Part shown: one piece after another, positions 1 to 16,577 of the stretch | Position numbering within the stretch: position 1 is the first letter of the stretch | How the letters are laid out: each line of letters opens with the position of its first letter | Source of the DNA: Amoebidium appalachense | Lineage: Eukaryota > Protista > Ichthyosporea | Assembly (NCBI GenBank): GCA_963693365.1 | Contig: CAVNZM010000004.1 | Location: 10,134,468 to 10,198,467, forward strand | Direction of reading: 5' to 3' | DNA length: 64,000 nt | The notes under the pieces: model-generated | The model's database searches: none | Seen by the model: only the letters and a program-made list of their open reading frames with translations | What the model was told of the DNA's origin: nothing | Made by a program: the position numbers and the translations under genes

Positions 1-649
1 TGATTGGTTAGATAAATCTTTTGTTTACATCATATCTACACTCTGATTGGTTAGACAATACATCTTGCAGCATAACCAATCAAACATCTCCACATTAAAT
101 ATTTTTCTAAATATAGCAAACAACGAGATTGACTGGATAACCAACTGACCTGAGGCTGTGTGGGTGACTGTGAAGCGGCTACTGCTAGGTCCCGCGTGCT
201 CTTCTGCTATTTCTTTTGTTATTGTCCTTTTTGTAGTGCACAACTGTGTTATACAGCGGCTGTAGACATGCCCTTATATTGCTTTATATTGTTTTATTTT
301 TGGACTGCAGAGAAAACCGTAGTCTCATGAATCATGATTAGTGCACTGCAGCTTCATTTACGTAAGACACTACAATATGGCACGCGCAAGCACGTGTTAC
401 GAGGGTTCTCGCTGACGTCACGGCAATTAGCAGCTCATCAACGTGTTCACAATCTAATCAAGAGCAGAACTGGGAGCCACATTATAAAAGCAAGGAGCAA
501 AGAGCAAAACGGCCAGACTAGTGAATGCATGTGTGGCTGTGCAGGCCCAGCTAGATGCCAGCACCGAACTGGTTTTTCACATTAACAGTGCTGCTAATAC
601 TAATAACAACCACAATCTCCGTGTGCATTTGCAACCTTTAGTCATTAAA

Positions 650-3600
650 ATGGATCCGTTACGAGGGGCCGAAGAAGGCCAAGATGCGACCAACAGTAGC
701 TCCATAGCCCTCAATTCACCACAAAAACACACGAGTATTGCAAGTGCAAGCTCCAAGCCAGTCCCATGGTACAGTGTGCGCCGTAACCAAATCTTTATCG
801 GTGCGGCTGTAGCAGTAGCGGCCCTTTGCATCATTGTTCCATGTGCCGTTTTAATTCCTAAAAACTCCGACAATGGAACGGCAGGGGAGGTAGTTGTGCC
901 ACAGAAGCGCCTTTGCACGGACGAGGAATTAGTCAACTCGGTTGTCATAAACGAAGTCTACCCCGGCGCTAAGAAATCAGACTGGGTGGAACTACGCAAC
1001 TTGCAGTCAGAGTGCGACGTGTCCCTGGAGGGATGGACCATGATCGATGACAACTCCACACACATTCCCCTCAAGTTTACCGGCCCATGCTCTCGGCTTC
1101 CAGCCAGCTCATACATGGTTGTGTTCCATGGAAAGGACCCCAAAGCATGCCAGTTTAGCTTCGGGCTCTCCGGCACCAACGGTGACTCAGTCATTCTTTC
1201 TCAGAACGGGACAGTGCGGTCCAACGTAACATGGGGTGCAGGTGGAATCCCGGATGGCTCCAGCTATGCCCGTCAGGACGACGGCACATACAAGGCAACT
1301 ACCACCATCACTAAGGGCAAACCAAACACCAACTTTACCGCGCCTGTCCCCATGGATTTTGGCCGCACTTACCCCATTGCCGACGCACCCAGTGCCTACA
1401 CCGGCAACTTCACGTGGGACACTGTCGACACCCTTGAAATCCAAACGTGGGAGACAGAGGGTGCCACCTGGGACGACATGTACAATCAGGAGAGACCGGC
1501 TGGCAACGCCACAAAGAAAATCAGCATTGGTGCATGCATCCGCACAAAGGACTACCCCTCCGACCTCGCCCAACCGTGCGGTAGTATTTTCATCCGGGGT
1601 GCCACTTCCCGCCTTGCCGATATCAAGTCATTCGGCGTAAAGCTCGACAAAAATGCCCCGCTTGGAAAATGGCGTGGAACCCGCAAACTTATTCTATCCC
1701 GCTCCCCTTGGGACTATAGTTTGCTCAGACACGCCTTTGGCTACGAACTCGTGCGCAAAATTCCCCACATGGTCTCCCTTAACGCAAATTTCGTCAACGT
1801 GAAAATTAACGGCACTGTGTGGGGGCTCTATACCGTCGTCGAGGAGCCAGATGATGATATGCTTAAGGCACATGGTTTGGACAAGAACGGGTTTATGCTT
1901 AAGGCAAAAGATTATCACTTTTCGCCCCCTCGCGAGGGTTGGCCCGAAACCCAAGATTGGCTCGACCCGCAAACACACGAAGACGACGCAATCTGGTACG
2001 CTAAGATCGCAAATCTCACACAAGAGCTAGATCGGACCCTCCGTGATGAGTCTCAGGATGCCGCCGATGCTGCCGCTTTTGAGAAAACAGTCCGCGTTTA
2101 TTTCCACGAGGAGAATGTGGTCACGTTTTTGGCCGTTAATGCTCTTCTCCTCAACCACGACATCATGAACCAGAACTTCTTCCTCTACTCGCCCGCTGAT
2201 GCCAGAAGGTGCATAACCCCCCCCCCCCCCCCCCCCCACCCCCCACCCCACCCCCTCCTTCAACCTGCCTTCCCACCCCCTCCCCCCTCCTCTCCCTGCC
2301 CCACTTCCCCTCATCCCACCATTTACCAAGCATACCTCTTTGTACAGCTGAAGTTTCAGATATCCCTAGCCAAGTCTTCCCCTCTCCCCTTTCTGTCCCC
2401 CTTTCCCAACACATGCCCACGCATAGTCATACCCATGTGTTCGCTTTCCGTGCCCTTTGCCAATTGGCTGCCAACCGGCTAAGGCTGCCCTGCCCCCTCT
2501 CCCCCCTCCCCCCTCCTCCTCCCTACCTCCCTCCCCTGTCCCCCGCCTGCCTCCCCGCCTACACATCTTCTCCTCCCCTTCCCCTGCGCAATTGCCACAC
2601 CTAAAAGCAGAAAGTAATTACATCCATCAAACACAGCCAGACACACTCACATCTACCAAGTGCATGCTGCGCCACAAATACGCATACACGAACGCGTGCG
2701 CGCACGCAAGCACACACACGCGCACCCCCCCCACACACACACACACCACCCTATATCCTACCCTTTCCCCCCTCCTCCCTCCCCTCCCCTCCCAACCCAC
2801 ACACACACACACACACACAAACCACCAACTAACCCTTGCATTCATTCTCACGTACAGGTGGGCCATGTTCTTATGGGATATGGACGGTGCATTTGATTGG
2901 TGCCGCCAGAAGGACGATGAGGGTAAAGACATGCTTGCAGGGTGCCCAAGTGCTGTGACGGGCCTGCTGCGGGAGATGAGGGTGGAGCCCGAGAGCAAGA
3001 ACGCGCTCTACAGGCAGCTGATGCAGGTCGATGGAATGTTCGAGAGGGTCACCCAGCGCGCACGTGAGCTCACGGCGCCAGACGGGCCCCTGTCACCCCA
3101 AAGATGCCAGCAGGTAAAAAATACAACATGATACTGCCCCCATGCAAACCCCTCATCCTCTCCCATTCCCACCTTCTTCGTTTTGTAGTCCCGCCCCGCG
3201 GAGGAGGGGGGGGGGGGGGGTTATCTGTGGTTGGAATGAGCAAAAGGCCGGGGGAGGGGGGGAGGGGAGGGGAGGGGAGGGAGGACGTGGGGGATGAGGG
3301 AAGAGCCTTGTTCAAATCTGTATTGCTAGCATACCCTAGGAGGGCTGTGCCAACTCAGGAGGTCTTTAAGCTGCCCCCTTCTTCAGGAAAATCCACCCAT
3401 TCACGCATTGCCCTTCCCCCCCTCCCTGACTCCCCCTCCCCCCCCCCCCCCCCCCCCCCCCCCTTCCCCCCCCCGGGGGCCCAACACCACCACCCCTAAC
3501 CCACCCCCGCCACCCACACCCCGTCACTCCCTTCCCTCCCGAAACACACACACATTCTCTCTCTCTCTCTCCCCCGTGGTTGTGTTTGACGTTCGTCTCT

Positions 3601-3902
3601 GATAACAACTATCTCACACAACCTCCCCGTCCCCCCCCCCCCCCCCCCCCCCCCAGGTGCTCAACAAGCTAGCCAATCGCATTCGGCCGTTTGTGGGTGT
3701 CAGCACGGCAGATCCCTGGCCCATCTCGGTTGAGCTGTGGCAGGCAGAGGTGACCCGTATGGGTGAATTTGTGAGCAATCTGATGGCTAGATACGAGGAG
3801 AGGGAGGTTGGGGGGTGGAATGCGGAGGGTGTGAATGCTAAGCCTATCTACCCTAAGTGGAAGTGCCCAGTAGGTGTGAGTGCAACTTGGTGCGTTGCTT
3901 AG
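650..3902 (+). CDS. Membrane-anchored CotH-family protein kinase with lamin-tail (LTD)-like domain; 3 exons (650-2208, 2858-3113, 3657-3902), ~686 aa
   Basis: N-terminal TM helix (IFIGAAVAVAALCIIVPCAVLI); LTD-like VVINEV..DWVELRN..SLEGWTM..FGLS; CotH motifs IRGATSR-KSFGVKL, GLYTVVEEPDD, NHDIMNQNFFLY, FLWDMDGAF. GT-AG introns with consistent phase. Confidence 0.85.
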
Positions 3903-4618
3903 AATGTGTTATGGTTCATAAGAATTATAGGACATGAGATGAGATACTTCTAGTAGTTGGCAGTCGGTTGTTTTTCAAAATGAATCAATGTTAGAATTTC
4001 AATAAAAGTCCAACCCGTGTTTCATTTGACCGGGCTTTCAAATCATGATATTCAATACTCGGGTTGAGCAGATGTTAAACCATGGTGGAAACGAATGACA
4101 CTGAATGCGTGTCTCATATAGAACTTGATATGAATTGCACTGTGCTGGTAACACCTTGCGTAAAGGGTGCCGGATTTAAGTAAGTGCCTGAGATGGCCAA
4201 AGTGAAACAGCCGGCATGACCCGCAACGTGTGCCTGTGTGTGTGGCTGAGAATGTTTGTGCTCCCTGGGCTGGCTGCTGGCTGTATGGCCGTACGTGATA
4301 CTATATCTGTATGTGTGCATACGTATGCCTGTACGTGCGTGCGTGTGTGTGTGTATGAGTGTGTGTGTGAGTGTGTGTGTGTGTGTGCGTGCGCGCGTGC
4401 GTGCGTGCGTGCGTGCGTGTGTGCGTGCGTGCGCGTGGGTACGGGAGGGGGGAGGGGGGGAGGGGGGTGCCTGCTGGTGCGAGTGTGTCAAGTACATGCA
4501 AAGTGTGTGGGTCCCAGGTCCTACCTGCTCTCGGGTGTTTAGGCGTATGCCAAACCGGTTTGTGCCTGCACGTATATATAGGTGTTCTTTTCAAAACTTT
4601 TCATTAACGACTAAAAAA

Positions 4619-4943
4619 GTGGGAATACGTTTTTATGGAACTAAAAAAAAAAAGGTAGGAATATGCGTGTGGTCGTGAGTGCAAATAAAAATGTAGGAAT
4701 ATGCGTGTAGTCGTGAGTGCATATAAAACACACAAAAAAGTAGGAATATCGCAAAATCGAAAAATTTATGTATGGACCAATTATTTTGCGCGATCGCACG
4801 ATTAGCCAAATATAGAAATTTGGGCGGGAAGTTTTTGTGCGCCAAAAAAAAGTTTTTAGAAAACACAAAAGAGAGTAGGAATATGCGTGTAGTCGTGAGT
4901 GCAAATAAAAAAGTAGGAATATGCGTGTAGTCGTGAGTGCAAA
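4619..4943. repeat. Cluster of ~38-bp repeats GTAGGAATATGCGTGTAGTCGTGAGTGCAAATAAAAA (4 full copies at ~4655, 4693, 4875, 4913 plus partials)
   Basis: Near-identical copies visible directly, arranged as two pairs separated by a spacer. Confidence 0.85.
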
Positions 4944-5351
4944 TTATTGGACGTAGTTGGATTGGAAAGCAGGGTGTCCTTGTTGCATGGCCCGACCAAC
5001 AAGCCTTCGCCCCTGTGTGTATTCTCAATGTGTGTGTATGTGTGTGTGCGGCCCTGGAGGGGGGTGCGGTGGGGGGGGGGGGGGGGGGGGGGGGGGCATA
5101 CCTTTGTAATCATGACTACTGTGTACATTAAAATCTGTGAGAAAAGTGAAGTCATGGCATTTTGAGCTACATATGAAATTAGGAAACTCGAACTTCCCTT
5201 CTACTTCCCCCCCCCCCCCCCCCCCCTCCCCCTCTCCCCCTTGGGTAGTGGTTTCCATGCCGCGTGATGCGGATGGTCAGAAGGCATATTTGAGGGCCAA
5301 AGCTTAGCTCATGAATAAAGCTTTCCCCTCCCCCCCTCCCCCCCCCCCCAA

Positions 5352-5418
<67 letters not shown>

Positions 5419-6879
5419 CACACACACACACACACACCGATGTCCCGTTAGACTTTGGGGGGCGGGGGAGGGGGGAGGGGAGGGGGGGCTGTTTGAAAAA
5501 GATGAACTTCGGACCCCCGCCCCTCCGGCCCCCCTCTCCCCCCACTCCCCTCCCTCCCCCTAGTACCCGTACCCCTTCTAATCTGTTGCAGTGTTTATCT
5601 ATGAGCTCGTGTTGCACTTCCCCAGACCTGTGTGCCAGCCTGCCACACACAAACTTGAAAAGGGGGCAACAGTGACCATCCCCCCCCCCCCCCCCCCCCC
5701 CCCGGACTCCCGCCCTAGGTCCCCTTCCCCCCCCCCTCTTGCCCAACACACACATAAAACACACAAACGCGCAAGCACAGAGAATAAAAATCTAGTGTAA
5801 TACTAGACTTGAACCCACGTAGAACTAAGTATAGTACATCAGTAATGGTCATGTGTGAAATTGTTGTATTTCGGTACTTAGTCCTACAATTGCTGCAATA
5901 GATAAAGCTAAAAAAAAGGTAGGAATATTAGCCTGCTGGTCTCACCGTAGTTTATTAGCTAGCCACCAGACCCAAGATTTCGTGCCACTTGAAACCATCT
6001 GCCTAGGCTACATCTCCCTTTACATCACCTAGTATTGCATCCCCCTCCCCCTTCCTTCTTTCCCCCCCCCCCCCTCCCCCCTCCCCCCGCACACAGAGTC
6101 ACGGGGATGCCATACAGCCAGCATGTACTCATGCACAATGGTGGGTGATTTAAGGTGGGTTTCATTTTTGTTTGTGTGTGTTTTTTAGTGGGGGAGCTCC
6201 CGGATGTGGGTGGATGGATGGTGGTGGTTGTGGTGGTGGTGGCGGGTTGCGCGGGGGGGGGGGGGGGGGGGGGGGGGGGAGGGGGGAAGGGGATCAATGG
6301 GAGGGGGTCCAAAGGAGATTCTGGGCAGTGCAGCAAGCAAGCGAAGTCTATCTATATCTAAAGATGTATTCATTGACTAGCGTGCACGTAAAGCACGGTG
6401 AAGGCGCAAACTGTGTGCAACTGCAAGTATAATTGTGTGCACTTGCTCGTATGGTTGAAGCCGCCCGTGTCTGTGTGGACTAGCGGTCACATTGTTCAGG
6501 GTATCTGTCTATGCCACGATACCGGTGCATACTTCTTTTACTGCAACACATATCATGTGCACATGCGTGTGCACAAGTACAAGGGGCGTGCACAATGTGG
6601 GGCCATTTATTGGACGTTTCTACCACTGGTGAAACGAGCACCTAAATACAGGATACTGGGTGTAAATAAAAAATTTTCACACCAGTACAGTCGCGTTCAC
6701 ATGTACAAAGGAATTTGTTTCTGCAAACATTCGCTTTATGAGTCAAACCAAAAAGTAATTGGGGGAGGGGGAAAAAACGATTTTTTTTTAAAAAAAACAA
6801 AAACAAAAACATACAAACTCAAAAAACATTCAATAATATCACTAAAAAAAAAGAACTTTATCACTAAAAAAAAAAGAAC

Positions 6880-9900
<3,021 letters not shown>

Positions 9901-10413
9901 CGTTGATGCAATTTTCTATGTGGAGTAGGCTCTAACGGTTGCAAGCATGGGTGTAAAAATGTAAACGCCTACTACCCACGTAATGTATCATACATATATT
10001 ATTTTTGACACATATTCATATACTGACCATTTACAAAAATAATTGTTGATTATGTATGTGTATGTTTTGGGCGGAGCTGTGGGGCTCGCAGGGAGAGAAA
10101 TTCTGAGGGAAATGGCTTTTGGCACGGCCCTCTGAAAAAAAGACGTGCTTTTGGTCCAAAGTGAGACGTCTGACTGAGAGTCCTGACGTCACTGCCACTC
10201 ATCTTCCTATACCTAATATTTTGGCATTTTTCCGTCTTAAACCCCACGATTGCTTTTTTTCGAGAAACTTGGAAACAATTTTCAGAGAGGTATTGATCAG
10301 TGGAGATTAATTGGACCAATCAAACACCGCCCGGTGAGCCGGGCCCCACGAGCCGCGAGCCAACGGATGCAGAACCGTTAGACGGTGACTCGGAGGGGTT
10401 TTCCCATTTTGTG

Positions 10414-10438
10414 CCCTCTCCCTCTCTCTCTTTCTCTT

Positions 10439-10472
<34 letters not shown>

Positions 10473-10650
10473 CCCCCCCCCCCCCCCCTCCCTCCCTCCC
10501 TCCCTCCCTCCCTCCCTCCCTCCCTCCCTCCCTCCCTCCCTAAACTCCCCTCCCTTCCTCCCAAACTCCCTCCCAAACTCCACCCCCCTCCCCCCTCCCC
10601 TCTCGAGCTCTCTCTCTCTCTCAGCTCTCTCCCTCCCTCCTTCCCTCCCT

Positions 10651-10707
<57 letters not shown>

Positions 10708-11075
10708 TCCCCCTCCCTCTCTCCCTCCCTCCCTCCCTCCCTCCCTCCCTCCCTCCTCCCCAAACTCCCCCCCTTCCTCCCAAACTTCCTCCCAAACTCC
10801 CTCCCCCCTCCCCCCCCCTCCCCCCTCTCGAGCTCTCTCTCTCTCTCAGCTCTCTCTCTCCCCCCCCCCCCTCCCCCCTCCCTCCCTCCCTCCCTCCCTC
10901 CCTCCCTCCCTCCCTCCCTCCCTCCCTCCGTCCCTCCCCAACCCCCCCCCCCCCCTCTCTCTCTCTCTCTATCTCTCTCCTCTCTCCCTCTCTCTCTCTC
11001 TCTCTCTCGCTCTCGCTCTCTCTCTCTCCCTCTCTGTCTCTCTCTCTCTCTGTCTCTCTCTTCCGCTCTCTCTCT
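10414..11075. repeat. (CT)n/(CCCT)n low-complexity tract with an internal ~220-bp duplication (CCCAAACTCCC...CTCGAGCTCTC...CAGCTCTC)
   Basis: Visible directly; it explains the spurious SL/RE ORFs here. Confidence 0.85.
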
Positions 11076-11508
11076 ATTGGGGGGGGGGGGGGGGGGGGGG
11101 GGGGCTTAATGCGAAGCTAAAACGGGTCACTTTCGTACAGGTGACCAGACTGCCATCCCATGTTCTACATGTATTTGTGTGTGTGTGTGTGTATGTGTGT
11201 GACCGTGCCACGGTGTATGTGTGTGTGTTTGTGTGTATGTGTGGGCGTGTGCGTGCGTGCGTGCGTGTGCACGTGCGTGCGTGTCCGTGTGTGTGTGTGC
11301 GTGTGGGTGTACGGCATGTGTGCGTGTGTGCGCATGCGTGCGTGTGTGTGTATGTGTGTGTGCGTGTGTGTGTATGTGTGTGTCTATGTGCACGTGTGAC
11401 GCTACGTGTGTGTGTGCGCGCGCGTGTGCGCGTGTGTGCCTACTTGTTTGCGAAGTTCTGGTGTGTGTGTCCTGCGTGTATAGTTTGTGTGTGCCAGTGT
11501 GTGTGTGT

Positions 11509-11546
<38 letters not shown>

Positions 11547-12483
11547 GGGGGGTGAAGGAGAGGCTTGTGGGAGGCCGGCGAGGGGAGGGGGGGGGGGGGG
11601 GGGGGGGGGGGGAGGGGATGTCGCTGATCAGAACCCAATTCAATTATTCTAATGTAGCCTCCAAGAAGCCAAGAAGATTTTCTTTGTAGAAGAAAAATAG
11701 ATGCGGCTGTGTTTGAATTCAGGTACACTGCCTGCCGTACGCGTGGGGTTTTTAAACGCAAAGGCAAGTGGAAGACGGTAGCCTCTGCTCTCTGTGAGGC
11801 TAAACTGGATAAAATAAACTTACAAGGGTGCTTGGGGTTGTCCGTTGGAGGCTCGGGAGGGGGGGGGGGGGAGGGGGGGGGGGGGAGGGGGGAACCAAGG
11901 GGGGGCAGGACACACCACCCATATGCATACGCGGGTGCGTGGTGAGACTGTGCTCTTGGGGGGGGGGGGGGGGGGGGGAGAGGTAAGGATTTCTCTAACT
12001 ATTCTTCTGAAATTAACGGTCGCCGTTAATGGAGAGGGGGTGGGGGTGGGGTGGGGTGGGTGGGGGAGTCACTGTCCCGTGATCGGTCGTCACTTACATA
12101 CGTATACAGATCTATAATTAGTAGTATCTAGATAGCTAACTCGTTGTGGGAGTCTACCAAGAGTCTACCATGGTCTCATTCCTTACGCAAGGATCCTGGA
12201 CACAGGCACATACATACCTATTGAATTTGAGCCGCAAAAATTTACAGCGCGCACAGAATCACACGCTGAAACATAAACACATACACATGCACACTGTAGC
12301 ATGTGTTTACATACACATGCATGGGCACATCCCGTGACACACCCACACACTCAGTCTGGCATGTAGAGGCGGACACACTCGCATATAGCCTGTACATATC
12401 ATACATACACACAGTAGCCCAACATCGCAGAGCATCCGACTATACACACAGACCACAATATTTCATTGTTCAAGTGGGGCACC

Positions 12484-12577
12484 GTGTCTCACGGTGGCGC
12501 CACAGAAGAACGCAGGCTGTTCTCGTGGTAGTGTCTCACGGTGGCGCCACAGAAGAACGCAGGCTGTTCTCGTGGTA
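12484..12577. repeat. Perfect 47-bp tandem duplication GTGTCTCACGGTGGCGCCACAGAAGAACGCAGGCTGTTCTCGTGGTA
   Basis: Two adjacent identical copies. Confidence 0.9.
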
Positions 12578-12942
12578 ATGTTGAGCTGGGTACTGACACT
12601 GAAATGTGTATAACTAGCTGGTAAGCCTCCATGGCGTCGGCCCCCCTACGTCGGGGGGAATGCAGAAGGCTTTGGAGAAGAAGGGGATAAAGGGGTCGTA
12701 TACGTATGTTCTTCCTATCCGGATTCTCAAGTGGGATTTCTTACGAGGCTACCAGTGAAGTTTATTTTCATCCCGGTACTACCCCCCCACCCCCCCTCAA
12801 TCTTCCTCCTGCTCCAGCTCGCTATTCCTGAACTTTCTTCTAGCTCTTCTTCTAGCTCATTTCCCGCCACATGTTTACATGCAAGTGCTTTCTTCATGAT
12901 GTCGGCCACACCGCATTGCCGTTCCAGCTACTCTAGACACAA

Positions 12943-12943
<1 letters not shown>

Positions 12944-12991
<48 letters not shown>

Positions 12992-13076
12992 GCACACACT
13001 CAGACACGCTTACACCCCCCCCCCCCCCCCCCCCGCACACACACATGCACATACAACAAACACATGCGCACACACA

Positions 13077-13124
<48 letters not shown>

Positions 13125-13156
13125 CGTACCGTGACACACACACACACACACACGCA

Positions 13157-13201
<45 letters not shown>

Positions 13202-13390
13202 ACACCACTACGACACAAGGAGCAAGGACACACACACAATGTCACACACACAAATACACGTGATACACGCACACACACACACGCGCACACGCACACACGT
13301 GCATACTGATCAATACACACACACCCATACACACACAGAGCCTGTCACCACATATGATACGCACACTGCGACACACAAATGCTCACAGTG

Positions 13391-13480
<90 letters not shown>

Positions 13481-14034
13481 CTATAATCGTACAAAAATTG
13501 CATGCCGGGGCGTCACCCACTCACATGATATATATGCAAAGTGGTTTCCACTACTTGCACACAAACACAAAGGAAAACATACACGCCGTTAGTCTGACTC
13601 CCTTCTTCTCAGTCCCAGTCCCGACAGCATCTTCTTTCCCCCCTCCCTCCCTTTGCCTTCCTATCTCCCTCTCTTGCTCTCTCTCCCTTCCCCCCCCCCC
13701 CCCCCCCCCCTTGCCCCCCCCCCCCCCCCCCCCCCTCCCCCCCCCCTCCCCCCCCTCCCCTCTCTCTCTCTCTCTCTCTCTCTCCCTCCCCTCCCCTCTC
13801 TCCCTCCCCCTCCCCTCTCTCCCTCCCCCCTCCCTCTCTCTCTCCCCCTCCCTCCCTCCTCTCTCACTCTATCTCCCCCTTTCCCCTCCCGCCTCTCTCT
13901 CTCTCTCTGTGTGTGTGTGTGCCACGGTATGCCAGTGAAATGTTGTGTGTGCTGTTGTCATGCGTGCATTGATGCGTGTACTGACACACACACAAACACA
14001 CATGCACACACACACACACACGCAAGTACACACA

Positions 14035-14091
<57 letters not shown>

Positions 14092-14126
14092 TCGCACACA
14101 CACACTGTGACACACACACACACACA

Positions 14127-14209
<83 letters not shown>

Positions 14210-14215
14210 TCTCTC
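12944..14215. repeat. Compound microsatellite region (C)n/(CA)n/(CT)n
   Basis: Visible directly. Confidence 0.9.
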
Positions 14216-14497
14216 ATACCGATGATAACTTGCTGCCACATCAAGGCTTCAACGAGGCCTTTTGAAGGAAAACATCACGGGATTAGGGTCCATTCAACTT
14301 TCTTGTCCTCAGTCTGTCCGAGGAACACAGGACATCATGACCGTGTGTGTGCTGCCGGCCTGCCGCCGCGTCGGATGTCGGCTGGTCCGGGGGGGAAAAG
14401 GGAGCCGAAAGAAAGCCAAGCACATGACGATCGTCCGACTCCAACATTTGGGGTTTATGCACTTTGTGTTGCTGCCGACATCGTCAGGGGCCCAGCC

Positions 14498-15518
14498 TCA
14501 CTTGACGGCCTGCTGCTTTTTCCAGCGCAGCCAATCAAATGCAGCTAGTGACTTACGTACAAGCATTGGTAGCTCCGAGAGAAAGTTAAGACACCGTATC
14601 ACAATATCATACTGTGCAGCATTAATAAGGTGATCTAACACGGTCATTTTATAACGGATATACTGGGGGAGAGAAGTAGAAAAGAGAATAAAGCCGCCCA
14701 TAACCTCCGGTTCTACCACATTAGCTAACAGGTCACACTTATTGATAGATGATGCATCCGCGAGTAAACCGCCCCCTACACATATTACACATACGAGCAG
14801 GAGACACCAAAAACCGATTACAACCGTTCAAGACATAATCATCTTTGCATATTTATACGGCACAAATGAATAAACGAATCTATATAGGAGCGAGATTGTA
14901 TAACCGTATCCGCCATATAGGCTCCTAGTAGTTGGTGTTTTTGCTGATTTAACACTGGGAGGGACTCGACACGTAAAGTAAAAAGGTATCTACAGCCATA
15001 GACTTAAAACCATTCATAGTCACACTATGGTCCAGCCGTACCTCCGGTGGAGTCGCCAGCCACTCCACATATCGCTCGACAATGGGCAGAGACGATATCG
15101 ATGTGGAAGGGAAGAGGTAGAGGGGCGAGTCCGGCGGGGATGCGTTTAGCCGGAATAGTGGATGGGTCGGGGCAATGGCGGATAGTAGGCGGGTGATGTG
15201 CTCGTGAAATTTAAGGGCTAATTCGTGTATGCGTTGTGATGGTGGTGTGAGTGCGTATAAAGAATCGAAAAGGCGTCTAGAAATACGTGTAGGTGTGGAA
15301 AGGCCAGTAAGAAACGTACAAGTTGTGTAGTGGAAGTCATCTAGTGATTGGAGAACATTTGCAACGGTATCATGGGTTGGGCTGGGGTTGACCAGCCTAA
15401 CCGCATGGCCCTTGGGCCAATCGTACCGGACTATTTCTTAATCGTAATGGGGGGGTTCTTGTGGAGCGTTCAGCCCCGTCGAAAACGCCCCTCCAGTCAA
15501 ACATTCCAAAATGCGCAT
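14498..15518 (-). pseudogene. Decayed intronless ORF (~340 codons) of unknown, possibly viral or TE, origin
   Basis: ATG at 15518, stop at 15438-15440, then a 162-codon open stretch (15437-14952), a frameshift and a few stops, ending ...FDWLRWKKQQAVK*. The region lacks the microsatellites typical of the host. Confidence 0.45.
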
Positions 15519-16577
15519 TTTTACAAATTGAGTATTGCAGGATTACAGGCCCTGAGCACTGGTCGGGGCTCGATATTGCACAGCAAGAGAGCTGCAGATA
15601 GGTTCTTGAACAGAAATATTGAAAAAATAGGCAAGATTAGATAGTCGAGCATATTTTACGCTAAACACCTGATACGAAAGCTGTTACGACGGCACCCCAA
15701 CCTTATTCGTATCGGGGTCTTTCGTTAATCGTAATTACGACGATTTTCGTTCGTAATCCCTACCCTGAACGGTATCAAACATTTCTCGCTGGGAAGTATT
15801 ACTAGTTCGACCAATAGATAGGCGTAAGATGATGAAGAACACATACCTGTCCGGACTCCCATTGGTGGTGAGCTTGTGACGTAGCTGTGGTCGTTTTGAT
15901 TGGTCGTTTTGTTTGATTTCCCCCCAGCACTTGGCATTCCTAAGCGGATAAATTTGAAACTGAACGTTCAAGTTTCAGCTGCGCATGCTGCAAGTCAACT
16001 CGGTGACCTGCTTCTACAAAGTCAGAGCCTGAACGGCTGTTATAAAAAAATCTTTGATTAGATATTGCTAGTTTGTTACTGTTTCTTTTCTGTGTACAAC
16101 CTACACCGCACGGTGTCAAAGATTTCTTCACTGCGTACAGTTGAAAACCAACGATGGACCAACACAAGCAGGGTGTGAAACTGGCATGGTGGCCTGGCGC
16201 CTGTGTAAATTACTGTGTTATGGGGGGATTTTGTGTGCTATCAATTCGTAGATTTTCGTACGAACCGCACCTGACCCGGTTTAGATAATCTCCTGGAACC
16301 AACCTTGAAATAAGGGGACACTTTTATAATTCTTAGGGACATAAGTCTTTTTGTATTGCGACCCAGAAAAAATATCACAGCCTGGCGCCGGTCCATGAAC
16401 TCAGTTACTCACGGATAACATTATCCAATCAACGCCCTGCCAACAGAAATTCCTGATCTCAGGAATGTGCTTCACTGTATATAATGCTTCCTAATTGTTG
16501 CCACACAAACACAAGCTCAGCTACAATACAGAAGCTTGAAGCATTCGCTTGGTTTGTACATCTGACGTGAAACGACA

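Noticed and set aside
521-2482. 653-aa ORF taken as the CotH protein
   Set aside because: It starts at a GTG upstream of the likely ATG (650) and reads into intron 1; the spliced model restores the WDxD motif.
5800-5850. B-box-like GGTTCAAGTC on the minus strand (tRNA or SINE)
   Set aside because: No A-box or cloverleaf.
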